From assembly GCA_036398215.1 (NCBI GenBank), contig DASWHK010000225.1:1-61338 (forward strand): a stretch of DNA of 61,338 bases, given 5' to 3'. This document shows, one piece after another, positions 52,235 to 61,313 of this stretch (position 1 is the stretch's first letter; every line of letters begins with the position of its first letter). The translations under genes and the position numbers were made by a program. Source of the DNA: Acidobacteriota bacterium. Its GTDB lineage: Bacteria > Acidobacteriota > UBA890. Under the pieces are notes generated by a model. That model was not told the origin of the DNA and ran no database searches. It was given only the letters and a program-made list of their open reading frames with translations.

Positions 52235-52381
52235 ATGCCGCCAACTTCCGGATCGCTCCTGCAGGTGCTTCGCTCCGCCGGGCGTACCATCAACGACGAC
52301 AACATCGTGCACGACGCCGGCGCCGAGTTCCATCGAGGCGTCATCCGCAAGCTCGGCGGGATCGGCATCTGGCCCCGGTGA
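52235..52381 (+). pseudogene. internally deleted TAXI solute-binding gene copy (48 codons: first 12 or so plus last 36 or so)
   Basis: MPPTSGSLLQVL aligns to MPRTARTLLTLL. RSAGRTINDDNIVHDAGAEFHRGVIRKLGGIGIWPR aligns to HAAGRAINEGNVVRDTGTEFHPGAIRYYRELGIWPR, the C-terminus of the full TAXI gene. The leader GGAAACGAGAATGCCGCCAAC aligns to GGAAGACGAAAATGCCGCGAAC. The stop overlaps the permease GTG (GTGA). Confidence 0.6.
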
Positions 52382-54477
52382 GCGAGGTCCCCGACGTAGC
52401 GGCGGCGCGGCCGGCGCCGCCGGTGATCACCGTGCTGGGCACCGCCCTGTGCGTCCTGACGCTGGTCGAGGTCAACTACCCGCACCTGGCGCCGCCGGCG
52501 CAGCTGGCCCTGTTCGCGCTCATCGGCCTGGTGCTGTGCTTCCTGACGGTCCCGCCGCACGCGAGCCTGCGCGACAGCCGGCGGGCGCGGGCGCTCGACC
52601 TCGTCCTCGTCGCCGCGACGGTCGCCTGCTTCGGCTACATGTTCACGCAGAACGAGCCGTTCTTCGACTTCACCTGGGTGGCCGGCACCGCGCTCGGCAA
52701 CCGCGCCGGCTCGGAGACCGGCATCGATACCGCCGTCGGCGTGCTGGGCCTGCTGCTGATCATCGAGGCCGCCCGCCGCTCGCTGGGATGGGCGCTGCCG
52801 ACGCTGGCCGGCGCCTTCCTCGCCTACGGCTATCTGGGCCCCTACCTGCCGGGCTGGCTCTTTCCCCACCGCGGCTACCCCCTCGATCGGCTGGTCGCGC
52901 AGGCGTTCCTGCACAGCCAGGGGGTCTTCGGCATCGCGTTGAACGTGATGTTCACCTACGTGTTCCTGTTCGTCGTCTTCGGCGCCTTCCTGCAGGCAAC
53001 CGGGGCGACGCGCTTCATCATCGAGTTCGCCGATCGGATCTTTCACGGCAGCCCCGGCGGCCCGGCCAAGGTGGCGGTGGTCAGCAGCGGCATGCTGGGG
53101 TCGTTGTCGGGCAGCGCCGTCGCCAATGCCGCGACGATCGGCACCCTGACCATCCCGATGATGCGCGCGGCGGGCTTCCGGCCCCAGGTCGCCGCCGGCA
53201 TCGAGGCTGCGGCCAGCTCGGGCGGCGCCCTGATGCCCCCGGTCATGGGGGCGGGCGCCTACATGATGCTCGAGATCGTGCAGCCGCCAGTGACCTACCT
53301 GGAGGTCATCCGGGCGGCGCTGCTGCCGGCCATCCTCTACTACAGCTCGCTGCTGCTGATCGTCCACTTCACCGCCCGGCGGCTGGCGCTCGAGGGCGCC
53401 GGCCCCGACGAGCCGACGGGTGAGGTGGTGAGCGGGGTGGCGGGCTCGCGACAGGCGGCGGCAGCGCCGGCGCCGCCACCGCCCGTTCCCGGGGTCGCAA
53501 GGGGCCCCGCGCAGGAAATATCGAGTCCTTCCCGGCCGCTGCCGGCGGCGACATCGGCCGGCGGCATGCCGGCGCGCTGGGAGGGGCTGATCTTCGGCGC
53601 CGCCCTGGTGGCCCTGATCGGCTCGCTGCTGGTCGGCAACACGCCGTTCCGCGCCGTCACCATCGCGCTGGCGGCGGTCGTCGGGCTGGCGGCGCTCAAC
53701 GCCCGCACGCGGCGGGGCCCGGCGCAGATCGTGCGCTCGTTCGGGCGCGCCGCCGTCGACATGGTGCCGCTCGTCGCCGCGGCGGCATGCGTGGGCGTCG
53801 TCATCGGCGTGGTGACGTTGACCGGCGTCGGCACCCGGCTGCCGGCGACCATCGTGCCGCTCGCCGACCAGAGCCTGCTGCTGGCGCTGGTGTTGATCAT
53901 GGTCTCGTCGATCGTCCTGGGCATGGGGCTGCCTTCGGCCGTTGTCTACTTGCTACTGGCGACGCTCATCGGCCCGGTGCTCGGCGACCTCGGCGTCGTC
54001 CCGCTCGCCGCCCACCTGTTCATCTTCTACTACGGGATGATGTCGATGGTGACGCCGCCGGTGGCGCTGGCCGCCTACGTGACCGCCCAGATCGCCGGCG
54101 CCGACATCATGCAATCCAGCTGGCAGGCGTTCCGCTTCGCGCTGGTCGGCTTCTCGCTGCCCTACATCTTCGTGTTCCGGCCCGAGCTGCTGATGCTGGC
54201 CCCCGAAGGCGGCGTCGCCGCGGCGTCGTCGATCGTCTACGCGACGCTGATCGCGGCGCTCGGCGTGCTGGCGCTGGCCGCCGGCCTCGCCGGCTTCCTG
54301 TTCGCGCCGATGTCGGGGGCCGCCCGGGCCCTGGCGTTCGTATCCGCGGCGCTGCTGCTGGCGCCGGGGCAGGGAATCGAGGTGCTCGGCGTCCGCATCT
54401 TCATTCTCGACGCTTCGGGGGCGCTGCTGCTTGCCGTTGTCGCCGCGACGAGCTGGCGGCTTCGCGAACGCCATTAG
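52378..54477 (+). CDS. TRAP transporter fused permease (TAXI-type, DctQ-DctM fusion)
   Basis: ORF 52144..54477 trimmed to GTG 52378. Many TM helices; GGPAKVAVVSSGMLGSLSGSAVANAATIGTLTIPMM; AGAYMMLE; LFIFYYGMMSMVTPPVALAAY. Confidence 0.9.
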   Translation: MSEVPDVAAARPAPPVITVLGTALCVLTLVEVNYPHLAPPAQLALFALIGLVLCFLTVPPHASLRDSRRARALDLVLVAATVACFGYMFTQNEPFFDFTWVAGTALGNRAGSETGIDTAVGVLGLLLIIEAARRSLGWALPTLAGAFLAYGYLGPYLPGWLFPHRGYPLDRLVAQAFLHSQGVFGIALNVMFTYVFLFVVFGAFLQATGATRFIIEFADRIFHGSPGGPAKVAVVSSGMLGSLSGSAVANAATIGTLTIPMMRAAGFRPQVAAGIEAAASSGGALMPPVMGAGAYMMLEIVQPPVTYLEVIRAALLPAILYYSSLLLIVHFTARRLALEGAGPDEPTGEVVSGVAGSRQAAAAPAPPPPVPGVARGPAQEISSPSRPLPAATSAGGMPARWEGLIFGAALVALIGSLLVGNTPFRAVTIALAAVVGLAALNARTRRGPAQIVRSFGRAAVDMVPLVAAAACVGVVIGVVTLTGVGTRLPATIVPLADQSLLLALVLIMVSSIVLGMGLPSAVVYLLLATLIGPVLGDLGVVPLAAHLFIFYYGMMSMVTPPVALAAYVTAQIAGADIMQSSWQAFRFALVGFSLPYIFVFRPELLMLAPEGGVAAASSIVYATLIAALGVLALAAGLAGFLFAPMSGAARALAFVSAALLLAPGQGIEVLGVRIFILDASGALLLAVVAATSWRLRERH

Positions 54478-54717
54478 GAAACCGCTTGCGTCTCCGCGGC
54501 CGCCGCAGGACGCGGGCTCCAACGAGGCACGCGTCGTGATTCTCGAGCTCCACAACCCGCCACCTGCCGGGATATGGCCGCGGCGTTGCTTCGGCAGCGC
54601 CGTTCTTTATTTTGCGCCTGGCCGTCTCCATCGCGGAAATCCTTCACTCGTGGCCGTCTCAATGAGGGAGGAGCTGGCAAGCGCCGTGAACATCAGGCGC
54701 GGGTCACCGAGACATTG

Positions 54718-54736
54718 CACATGTGCATCACATGTG
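54718..54736 (+). promoter_or_regulatory. two CACATGTG palindromes spaced 11 bp apart, candidate operator of the RHH-VapC module
   Basis: CACATGTG occurs at 54718..54725 and 54729..54736; the first is embedded in GCACATGTGC. Lies 23-41 nt upstream of the antitoxin ATG 54759. Confidence 0.35.
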
Positions 54737-54758
54737 CCAGCATGAATGGATGCCGATC

Positions 54759-54992
54759 ATGATCCAGGTACGCAACGTTCCCGAGCGGTTGCACCGCGAG
54801 CTCAAGCGCCGCGCCAAGCTCCACGGCCAGACACTGACCGACTACATCCAGGGGGTTCTGGAGCGGGAGGTCGCGAAGCCCGATCGACGCGATGTGCTCG
54901 CCCGGATCCTGAAGAGCCCACCCGTGGACCTCAAAGGCATGACAGGAGCGGATCTCGTCCATGAGGCCCGCCGGGAAGCAGGCCGAGAGTGA
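54759..54992 (+). CDS. vapB: FitA/VapB-like ribbon-helix-helix antitoxin
   Basis: ORF 54723..54992 trimmed to ATG 54759; MIQVRNVPERLHRELKRRAKLHGQTLTDYIQGVLEREV. Confidence 0.8.
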   Translation: MIQVRNVPERLHRELKRRAKLHGQTLTDYIQGVLEREVAKPDRRDVLARILKSPPVDLKGMTGADLVHEARREAGRE

Positions 54993-55414
54993 CCGTTCGC
55001 TCGGTGATCCGCGACGCGGTCGTCGATGCGTCAGCATTGGTCGATCTTCTCACCGACCCCCTGACCCAGATGCCTCTGCAACGTTTACTCGACGATCCAC
55101 AAGTTGAGCTTCATATTCCGATGCTCTGCGACGTCGAGGTCGCGGCGGCACTGCGGCGCGCCCTGCGGCGAGGCTACATGGACTTTCAGGCTGTGACCGA
55201 GAAGCTCGCCCGCTATCTAGAGCTTCGCCTGAGTCGTTACGAGCACGAGCCGATCCTCGCCCGTGCCCTGCAACTCAACGAAAACTTCACGGTCTACGAC
55301 GCGACCTACGTGGCTTTAGCGGAGGTACTGGGCGTTTCCCTCCTGACGGCCGATGGGGGCTTGGCGCGAGCAGTGCGGGCCCATACGAGCGTCCCGCTGA
55401 TCGAAGCGACCTAG
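54989..55414 (+). CDS. vapC: VapC toxin (PIN-domain ribonuclease)
   Basis: ORF 54989..55414 (GTGA overlap with the antitoxin). VVDASALVDLL, DATYVALAEVLGVSLLTADGGL. Confidence 0.9.
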   Translation: MTVRSVIRDAVVDASALVDLLTDPLTQMPLQRLLDDPQVELHIPMLCDVEVAAALRRALRRGYMDFQAVTEKLARYLELRLSRYEHEPILARALQLNENFTVYDATYVALAEVLGVSLLTADGGLARAVRAHTSVPLIEAT

Positions 55415-55560
55415 CGACCGGGCGACTCGCGATCCTGCGGCTGCCGGCCTGGCTGGTGTGTTGTCGCGCGGCTCACATAGAATCTGTCCCTATCCGAAAA
55501 CCCGCGGAGCGCGCACGTTGGACGCCTCGGTGAGCGAGCGTCACCCCCACAGGAGGTCCC

Positions 55561-57903
55561 ATGTCCCGAATCAGCCCGAATCGTTGGTCGATCCTCCTTT
55601 TCAGCTCCTTGCTCCTGGCGGCGCCCGTACTCGGGGCCGCGGGGCCTCAGTTCAGCGCGGTTGAAGGCAATGGCGCGCCCCCAGAGCTCGCGGCCGGATC
55701 CGGCGTCGCGGCGCTTTCCTCGAGCGCTGCTGCTGGCCTTCAACAACCCCGCCTGATGACCGCCAAGGACACCCTCAGCTTCGTGAGCGTCGGCAGCCCG
55801 ACGATCTCGCCCGACGACCAGTGGGTGCTCTACACCCGTAACGAGCGCGACTGGGATGACGAGCAGCTCGCTACCCATACCCATATCTGGCGGGTTCGCA
55901 TCGACGGCACCGACGCCCGCCAGCTCACCTTCGGCGACGACGACACGCGATCGCCGGCGTGGTTCCCGGACGGCCGCAAGATCGCCTTCTTGACGTCGAG
56001 GGAACAGGGCAACGGTAACGGCGAGGGCGGCGAGAACGGCGAGGGCGGCGGCAGCCAGGTGTACTTCATGTACACGGACGGCGGCGAGGCCTGGAAGGCG
56101 ACCGAGCACGAGGGCGGCGTGCAGGGCTTCGCGATCTCGCCCGACGGCAGCAAGCTGCTGCTCACCGCGCGCGATCCGCTGACCGAGGAGGAGCGCCGCC
56201 GGCGCCGCCAGCGCGACGACGCCGAGGTCATCGACGAGAGCTTCCGGATGACCCATCTCTGGCTCTTCGATGTCGAATCCGGCGAGGAGGAGCGCCTGAC
56301 CGATGGCGACTTCACGGTCTCCGACCCGCAGTGGTCGCCGGATTCGTCGCGCATCGCCTTCGTCGCCCGACTCAACACCAAGGTCGACGACTCCTCGTGG
56401 AGCGACGTCTGGGTGGTCGACCTCGAGGGCAACGCCGAGAAGTTCTACGACAACGCCGGCCCCGACAGCAGCCCGCGCTGGTCGCCGGACGGCCGGACGC
56501 TGGCGATGTCGTCCAACACCCACCCGGGTAACACCCAGTGGTACGACAAGCTGTACCTGTTTCCGGCGGACGGCGGCGCCCCGAAGGTCCTGCTGCAGGA
56601 CTTCGACCTGGGGTTTGGCAGCCCGATCTGGTCGCCCGACGGCACGACGATCTACTGGTCGACGGGCGAGGGAACGACGACGAACCTGTTCGGCGTCGAT
56701 ATCGCCTCCGGCGAGCTGACCCACCGCCGCTCGCCGATGCGTGGCGCCAACGGCTCGTGGGAGCTGTCGCACGACGGCAGCACCTGGGTGTTCTCCCACT
56801 CCGACCCGGCGCGTCCCGGCGACCTCTGGGCGGCGCGGCTGACCGACGGCGCCCTCACCCAGCTCACCGACGCCAACCCGTGGCTGCGCGAGGAAAAACT
56901 CCAGCTCGGGCGGGTCGAGACCATCCGCTGGCGCAATGGCGACGGCGGCACCATCGAGGGGGTCCTCACCTTCCCGGTCGGCTACCAGGAGGGCAGCCGC
57001 TACCCGCTGATCGTCAACCCGCACGGCGGCCCCTCGGGCGCCTCGATCGAGTCGTTCTCAACCGCCAACCAGATGTTCGCCGGCAACGGCTTCCTGGTCC
57101 TGCAGATCAACTTCCGCGGCAGCTCCAACTACGGGCAGGAGCACCTGAACGCCAACCAGGACAACTGGGGCATCCGCGACTACGACGACATCATGACCGG
57201 CGTCGACTACGTCATCGCGCAGGGCTGGGCCGACCCCGATCGGATGGTTGCCTACGGCTGGAGCTACGGCGGCTACATGACCTTCTGGATCTCGACCCAG
57301 ACCGACCGCTTCAAGCTGATCTCGCCGGGCGCCGGGCTGACCAACCTGTACAGCATGTACTCCACGACCGACATCCCGGCCTATCTCGGCTGGTTTTTCG
57401 GAACGCCGTGGGACAACGAGGAGATCTACCTGCGGTTATCGCCGATCCGCCACGTCAGGAACGTCACCGCCAGGATCCTGATCATGCACGGCGCCGAGGA
57501 CGCCCGCGTGCCGCCCACCCAGGCGGTCGAGTTCTACAAGGCGCTGGTCGACCTCGGCAAGGACGTCACCTACGTCCGCTACCCGCGCCAGGGCCACGGC
57601 ATCGGCGAGCCGCGCCTGGCGATGGACCGCCTGCGCCGCTATGTGTGCGCCTTCACCGACGTGCTGGGGATGGAGGCGACGACGGAGGCCTGTGAGGGCG
57701 GCGTGCCGGCGGCGGTGGCAGAGGAGCCGGATCGTGATGGCGGCCGCCCCGGCGGCTCACGGGGCGGGACGGCACATGATCGCGCAGCGCTTTCCAACAG
57801 CGTGATCGATGTCCGTGTGCCGCCTAGCGCCGCCGACCCAGAGCTCCTGGGCGCCGAGGGGCTCGATCGCGGGATCTTCGAAGTCATCGAGCGGCGGCGG
57901 TAG
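55561..57903 (+). CDS. S9 family serine peptidase (beta-propeller plus alpha/beta hydrolase)
   Basis: ORF 55561..57903. RBS AGGAGG; signal peptide. TolB-like WSPDG repeats; nucleophile GWSYGGYMT; IMHGAEDARVP; GHG. Confidence 0.9.
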   Translation: MSRISPNRWSILLFSSLLLAAPVLGAAGPQFSAVEGNGAPPELAAGSGVAALSSSAAAGLQQPRLMTAKDTLSFVSVGSPTISPDDQWVLYTRNERDWDDEQLATHTHIWRVRIDGTDARQLTFGDDDTRSPAWFPDGRKIAFLTSREQGNGNGEGGENGEGGGSQVYFMYTDGGEAWKATEHEGGVQGFAISPDGSKLLLTARDPLTEEERRRRRQRDDAEVIDESFRMTHLWLFDVESGEEERLTDGDFTVSDPQWSPDSSRIAFVARLNTKVDDSSWSDVWVVDLEGNAEKFYDNAGPDSSPRWSPDGRTLAMSSNTHPGNTQWYDKLYLFPADGGAPKVLLQDFDLGFGSPIWSPDGTTIYWSTGEGTTTNLFGVDIASGELTHRRSPMRGANGSWELSHDGSTWVFSHSDPARPGDLWAARLTDGALTQLTDANPWLREEKLQLGRVETIRWRNGDGGTIEGVLTFPVGYQEGSRYPLIVNPHGGPSGASIESFSTANQMFAGNGFLVLQINFRGSSNYGQEHLNANQDNWGIRDYDDIMTGVDYVIAQGWADPDRMVAYGWSYGGYMTFWISTQTDRFKLISPGAGLTNLYSMYSTTDIPAYLGWFFGTPWDNEEIYLRLSPIRHVRNVTARILIMHGAEDARVPPTQAVEFYKALVDLGKDVTYVRYPRQGHGIGEPRLAMDRLRRYVCAFTDVLGMEATTEACEGGVPAAVAEEPDRDGGRPGGSRGGTAHDRAALSNSVIDVRVPPSAADPELLGAEGLDRGIFEVIERRR

Positions 57904-57960
57904 GCTCCTGGGCCGCCGCCGCGGACTTGCTCGGGTAGCGGCGCGTCTTCGCGCCTCTTC

Positions 57961-58467
57961 CTATTGCGCGAACGGGTTGACGATCCGGAGGCCGTCTATC
58001 CTGCGGCCGTCCTGCATGTCCTCCGTGTAGAGGACGCGGCATCCTGAGATCAGGGCCGCCCTGACGATCAGGGCGTCCCAGATCGAGAAGCCATGCAGTC
58101 GGTGAAGGTCGATGGCTGCCACAACGTCGTCGACGCTGAGGATGACCACGTCCATGCGAGCGAAGAGCTGCACGCGGCGGCGCGCCGTCGCGCTCTCGAT
58201 CGCCAGCTTCGCGGTAGCGGCGGCGAAGTACTCCTGCAGGACCTGGAGTGAGAGCTTTCCGACCGGGCGTCTCAGGGCCTGCCGGATGATCTGCCGGGCC
58301 TTTTCCCGCTTGTCGGGATCGGCGCGATCATCGGCGCCACTTGCGAGCCGCCGGCGTGGCCACAGTGAAAGGTCGCGCTCCAGCGCGTAACGGTCGGGAA
58401 CGCGTGGCGTGCGGCCCTCGGTAACGCTGCCGCGGGCGACGTGCCAGGTCCGCGTGTGACGGGGCGG
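57961..58467 (-). pseudogene. PIN-domain (VapC-like) gene without a usable start and with a degenerate N-terminal acidic motif
   Basis: Listed ORF 57961..58173 is only the C-terminus (SIWDALIVRAALISGCRVLYTEDMQDGRRIDGLRIVNPF). The frame is open up to 58467 and reads RYALERDLSLWP...DPDKREKARQIIRQAL..GKLSLQVLQEYFAAATAKL. ERD sits where PIN proteins have DTN/DAN. There is no ATG/GTG/TTG between 58467 and 58173, and no antitoxin upstream on this strand. Confidence 0.5.
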
Positions 58468-58578
58468 TCACGGCATCCCCAGGGCGCCTGTTGCCAGAAG
58501 ATTTCGGTTGCGGATCCGAGCCCTGGACCGTATCCTCCGAGTATCTGAACTTCAGAGATTCGTACTACTGAGGCAACG

Positions 58579-58881
58579 ATGACCGAACGCTCCACAAGGG
58601 TCGGCAAGCGCGGCACCGTGGTGATCCCTTCGCCCACGCGGCGCCGCTACGGCATCGAAGAAGGCACACTGCTCATTGTTGCCGAGCGGGCCGAGGGCAT
58701 TCTGCTGCGGCCCGCAAAGCTCGTTCCAACGGAGATCTACTCGCCGGAGCGGATCGCCGAGTTCCTGCTCTCGAACGCCGTGAGCGATGCCGACTACGAG
58801 GCCGCCTGCGACGAGGTCCGGCGCCTGGGGCTCGACCCCGACGACATCAAGCACGTCCGCCCGATGGGGGAGGATTCGTGA
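58579..58881 (+). CDS. AbrB/SpoVT-domain antitoxin (VapB/MazE-like)
   Basis: ORF 58579..58881; VGKRGTVVIPSPTRRRYGIEEGTLLIVAERAEGILLRP is a SpoVT-AbrB looped-hinge-helix pattern. Confidence 0.8.
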   Translation: MTERSTRVGKRGTVVIPSPTRRRYGIEEGTLLIVAERAEGILLRPAKLVPTEIYSPERIAEFLLSNAVSDADYEAACDEVRRLGLDPDDIKHVRPMGEDS

Positions 58882-58884
58882 GCG

Positions 58885-59076
58885 GTGGGCATCCTGTTCC
58901 TCGATGCCAACGTACTCTTCAGCGCCGCCTACCTGACCCTTCGGGGGGATCTGAGGCGGACAAGAAGAGGCTCTGAGCGGATCAGGTGTCGAACGGCTCC
59001 ACCAGCCGGCTCTTACGCACCACCCACTCCTCGGTGTCGGGGTCGATCACGATCGACGGCGACGTCATACGGATAG
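58885..59076 (+). pseudogene. 5' stump of a PIN toxin gene (only about the first 17 codons are PIN-like)
   Basis: ORF 58885..59076 starts VGILFLDANVLFSAAY (a PIN N-terminal motif) 3 nt after the AbrB stop. It then degenerates into Arg/Pro/Ser-rich sequence that is antisense to the convergent lipoprotein ORF. Confidence 0.45.
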
Positions 59077-59297
59077 GTGAACGCGTAGCGGAGGTCGGAG
59101 TCGCCGCGATCGCCGATGACCAGCTCGTCGACCCACTCGATCATCGCGCCGCCGCGCTCGTCGAACGGCACATGGGCAAACTCGACGACCGCGAGACCCT
59201 CCGGCGCCGGAACGGTCCAGTCGGCAAACTCGAGCGGCTCGGAGCAGGCTCCGGCGAACAGGAACGCGACCAGGGCGATACCGGCACGAGAGTTCAT
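59013..59297 (-). pseudogene. truncated lipoprotein (N-terminal about 85 aa of a beta-propeller-type lipoprotein?)
   Basis: ORF 59013..59297. Lipobox MNSRAGIALVAFLFAGAC, then DELVIGDRGDSDLRYAFTYPYDVAVD. It stops abruptly while overlapping the PIN stump. Assignment to the 6-bladed-propeller family is tentative. Confidence 0.4.
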
Positions 59298-59556
59298 GAG
59301 CCGCAGCCTACTATGGGGATACCCCCGGGGCTCAATGGGTTCCCCCGGTCGCCGTGTACCAACACTGGATGGAATTGCCGCCGGGCCCGTTGACCCTGAG
59401 GTAGTACCAGGTTGATCCGTCGACGGCGTTCCAGGTGCAGTGGTGTCGGAGATGGAGCCGCTGGGCGAGGTCCGCCCGGATCCTCGCCGCGCTCCGGGCC
59501 GCGGTTGTCAGCGGCTCGGCGGGGCTGGGACAATGCAGTTTCAGCCACCAACGTCA

Positions 59557-60669
59557 ATGAACATGCCCACCATCGATCAGCTTGCCCGCCCGCTCCGAGA
59601 TCTGCGCATCTCGGTAACCGACCGCTGCAACTTCCGCTGCCGCTACTGCATGCCGCGGGAAGTGTTCGGGGAGGGCTACAAGTTCCTGTCGCGACGGGCC
59701 ATCCTGCGTTTCGAGGAGATCCATCGCATCGTGCGGCTGGCGGCGGACCTCGGCGTCGAGAAGGTGCGGATCACCGGCGGCGAGCCGTTGCTGCGCAACG
59801 ATTTGCCGGAGCTCGTCAAGATGCTGGCGGGGATCGAGGTTCCGCCGGGCAACGGGTCGACGGGTCCGATCGGCACGCTCCGCCAGGGGGCGCAAGCGGG
59901 CGAACCGACCGCTGAGGACGGCATCGAAACCGCCGACGGGCGCCGGCTCGAGATCGCGCTGACCACCAACGGCGCGCTGCTCGCCCAGCATGCCGCCCGG
60001 CTGGCCGCGGCTGGCCTCGATCGGGTTACCGTCAGCCTCGACTCGCTCGACGAGGCGACCTTCCAGCGCATGAACGACGCCGACTTCGCCGTCGCCGAGG
60101 TGCTCGGGGGGATCGAGGCGGCGGCCGCCGCCGGCCTCGGCCCGATCAAGATCAACGCGGTCGTGCAGCGCGGCGTCAACGACGACGGCGTCGTCGAGCT
60201 GGCGCGCCACTTCAAGGGCAGCGGGCACATCGTCCGCTTCATCGAGTTCATGGACGTCGGCACGACCAACGCCTGGCGGCTCGACGAGGTGGTCAGCGGG
60301 GCCGAGATCATCGAGCGGATCACCAAGGAGCTTCCCGCCGAGCCGATCGGGCCCGCCTATCGCGGCGAGGTGGCGCGACGCTGGCGTTACAAGGACGGCG
60401 GCGGCGAGTTCGGCGTGATCACCTCGGTCAGCCAGCCGTTCTGCGGCGATTGCACCCGGCTGCGCCTGTCGGCCGAGGGCTCGTTCTACACCTGTCTGTT
60501 CGCGTCGGCGGGCACCGACGTGCGCGACGCCATTCGCTCGGGGGCCTCCGACGACACCCTGCGCGAGCTGATCGCCGGCGTCTGGCGGCAGCGCCGTGAC
60601 CGCTACTCGGAGCTGCGCAAGGAAGGCGAGGCCGCAGCGCGCATCGAGATGTCCTACATCGGCGGCTAG
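59557..60669 (+). CDS. moaA: GTP 3',8-cyclase MoaA (radical SAM, molybdenum cofactor biosynthesis)
   Basis: ORF 59440..60669 trimmed to ATG 59557. [18 protein letters not shown] (CxxxCxxC), [28 protein letters not shown], terminal SYIGG. Confidence 0.9.
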   Translation: MNMPTIDQLARPLRDLRISVTDRCNFRCRYCMPREVFGEGYKFLSRRAILRFEEIHRIVRLAADLGVEKVRITGGEPLLRNDLPELVKMLAGIEVPPGNGSTGPIGTLRQGAQAGEPTAEDGIETADGRRLEIALTTNGALLAQHAARLAAAGLDRVTVSLDSLDEATFQRMNDADFAVAEVLGGIEAAAAAGLGPIKINAVVQRGVNDDGVVELARHFKGSGHIVRFIEFMDVGTTNAWRLDEVVSGAEIIERITKELPAEPIGPAYRGEVARRWRYKDGGGEFGVITSVSQPFCGDCTRLRLSAEGSFYTCLFASAGTDVRDAIRSGASDDTLRELIAGVWRQRRDRYSELRKEGEAAARIEMSYIGG

Positions 60670-61313
60670 CCGGTGAACGCGCCGCTGCCCTTGCCCTGCG
60701 TGAAGTAGGGGTTGTCGCCGGAGGCGTGGTCGGTGGTGTCGTAGACGCTCTGAATCTCGGGGATCTGCTCCTTGAGCATGCGCTCGATCCCGTGCTTGAG
60801 CGTCACGTCGACCATCCCGCAGCCCTGGCAGCCGCCGCCGAGCTCGACGTAGGCGATCCCGTCCTTGACCTCGAGCAGCGTCACGTGGCCGCCGTGCATG
60901 CCGACGCCCGGGTTGATCTGCTCCTCGATGAAGCTCTGCACGCGGTTGAAGAGCGGATCGCTGCTGGGGTCGGGCTCGTTGGGGTTGTTGACGCTGAAGC
61001 CGCCCCCCGAGATGCTGTCGACGTAGTCGACGGTGGCGCCGCGCAGCAGGTGGAAGCTGAAGCCGTCGACCAGCAGGTCGAAGCCGTCCTGCGGAACCAC
61101 AACGTCGTTGTCCTGCCGGCGGTCGAACTTGAAGCCGTAGTCGTAGCTGGTGCGGCCGCCCTGCACGTAGACGCGCAGGCCGACCTCCTCAGGCTGCTCG
61201 GTGGACTCGGCGAACTCGAGGACCTTCAGCGCCGCGGCGGTGGTGAACGCGATCGGCCGGCTGTCGACCTTGGCGTCCTGCAGTGGCGACTTGGTTTCGG
61301 TCTCTTGGCTCAT
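60666..61313 (-). CDS. nfuA: NfuA-like Fe-S cluster carrier (degenerate A-type N-domain plus Nfu C-domain)
   Basis: ORF 60666..61337 trimmed to ATG 61313 behind [30 protein letters not shown]; C-terminal [25 protein letters not shown]. Confidence 0.8.
   Translation of the reverse strand: MSQETETKSPLQDAKVDSRPIAFTTAAALKVLEFAESTEQPEEVGLRVYVQGGRTSYDYGFKFDRRQDNDVVVPQDGFDLLVDGFSFHLLRGATVDYVDSISGGGFSVNNPNEPDPSSDPLFNRVQSFIEEQINPGVGMHGGHVTLLEVKDGIAYVELGGGCQGCGMVDVTLKHGIERMLKEQIPEIQSVYDTTDHASGDNPYFTQGKGSGAFTG

Noticed and set aside
59332-59553. Start-less minus-strand frame ending ...[36 protein letters not shown]
   Set aside because: It looks protein-like (FN3/Ig-like W..V.G...Y pattern) for only about 36 codons. 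It has no start codon, and its upstream part is junk. It is mentioned only as part of the decay-zone finding, not annotated.
59298-59556. Possible Moco riboswitch in the 259-nt leader of moaA
   Set aside because: I could not find the conserved elements I remember for the Moco motif (GCCUCC ... GGAAAGG near the RBS). A covariance-model scan would be needed, so no claim is made.
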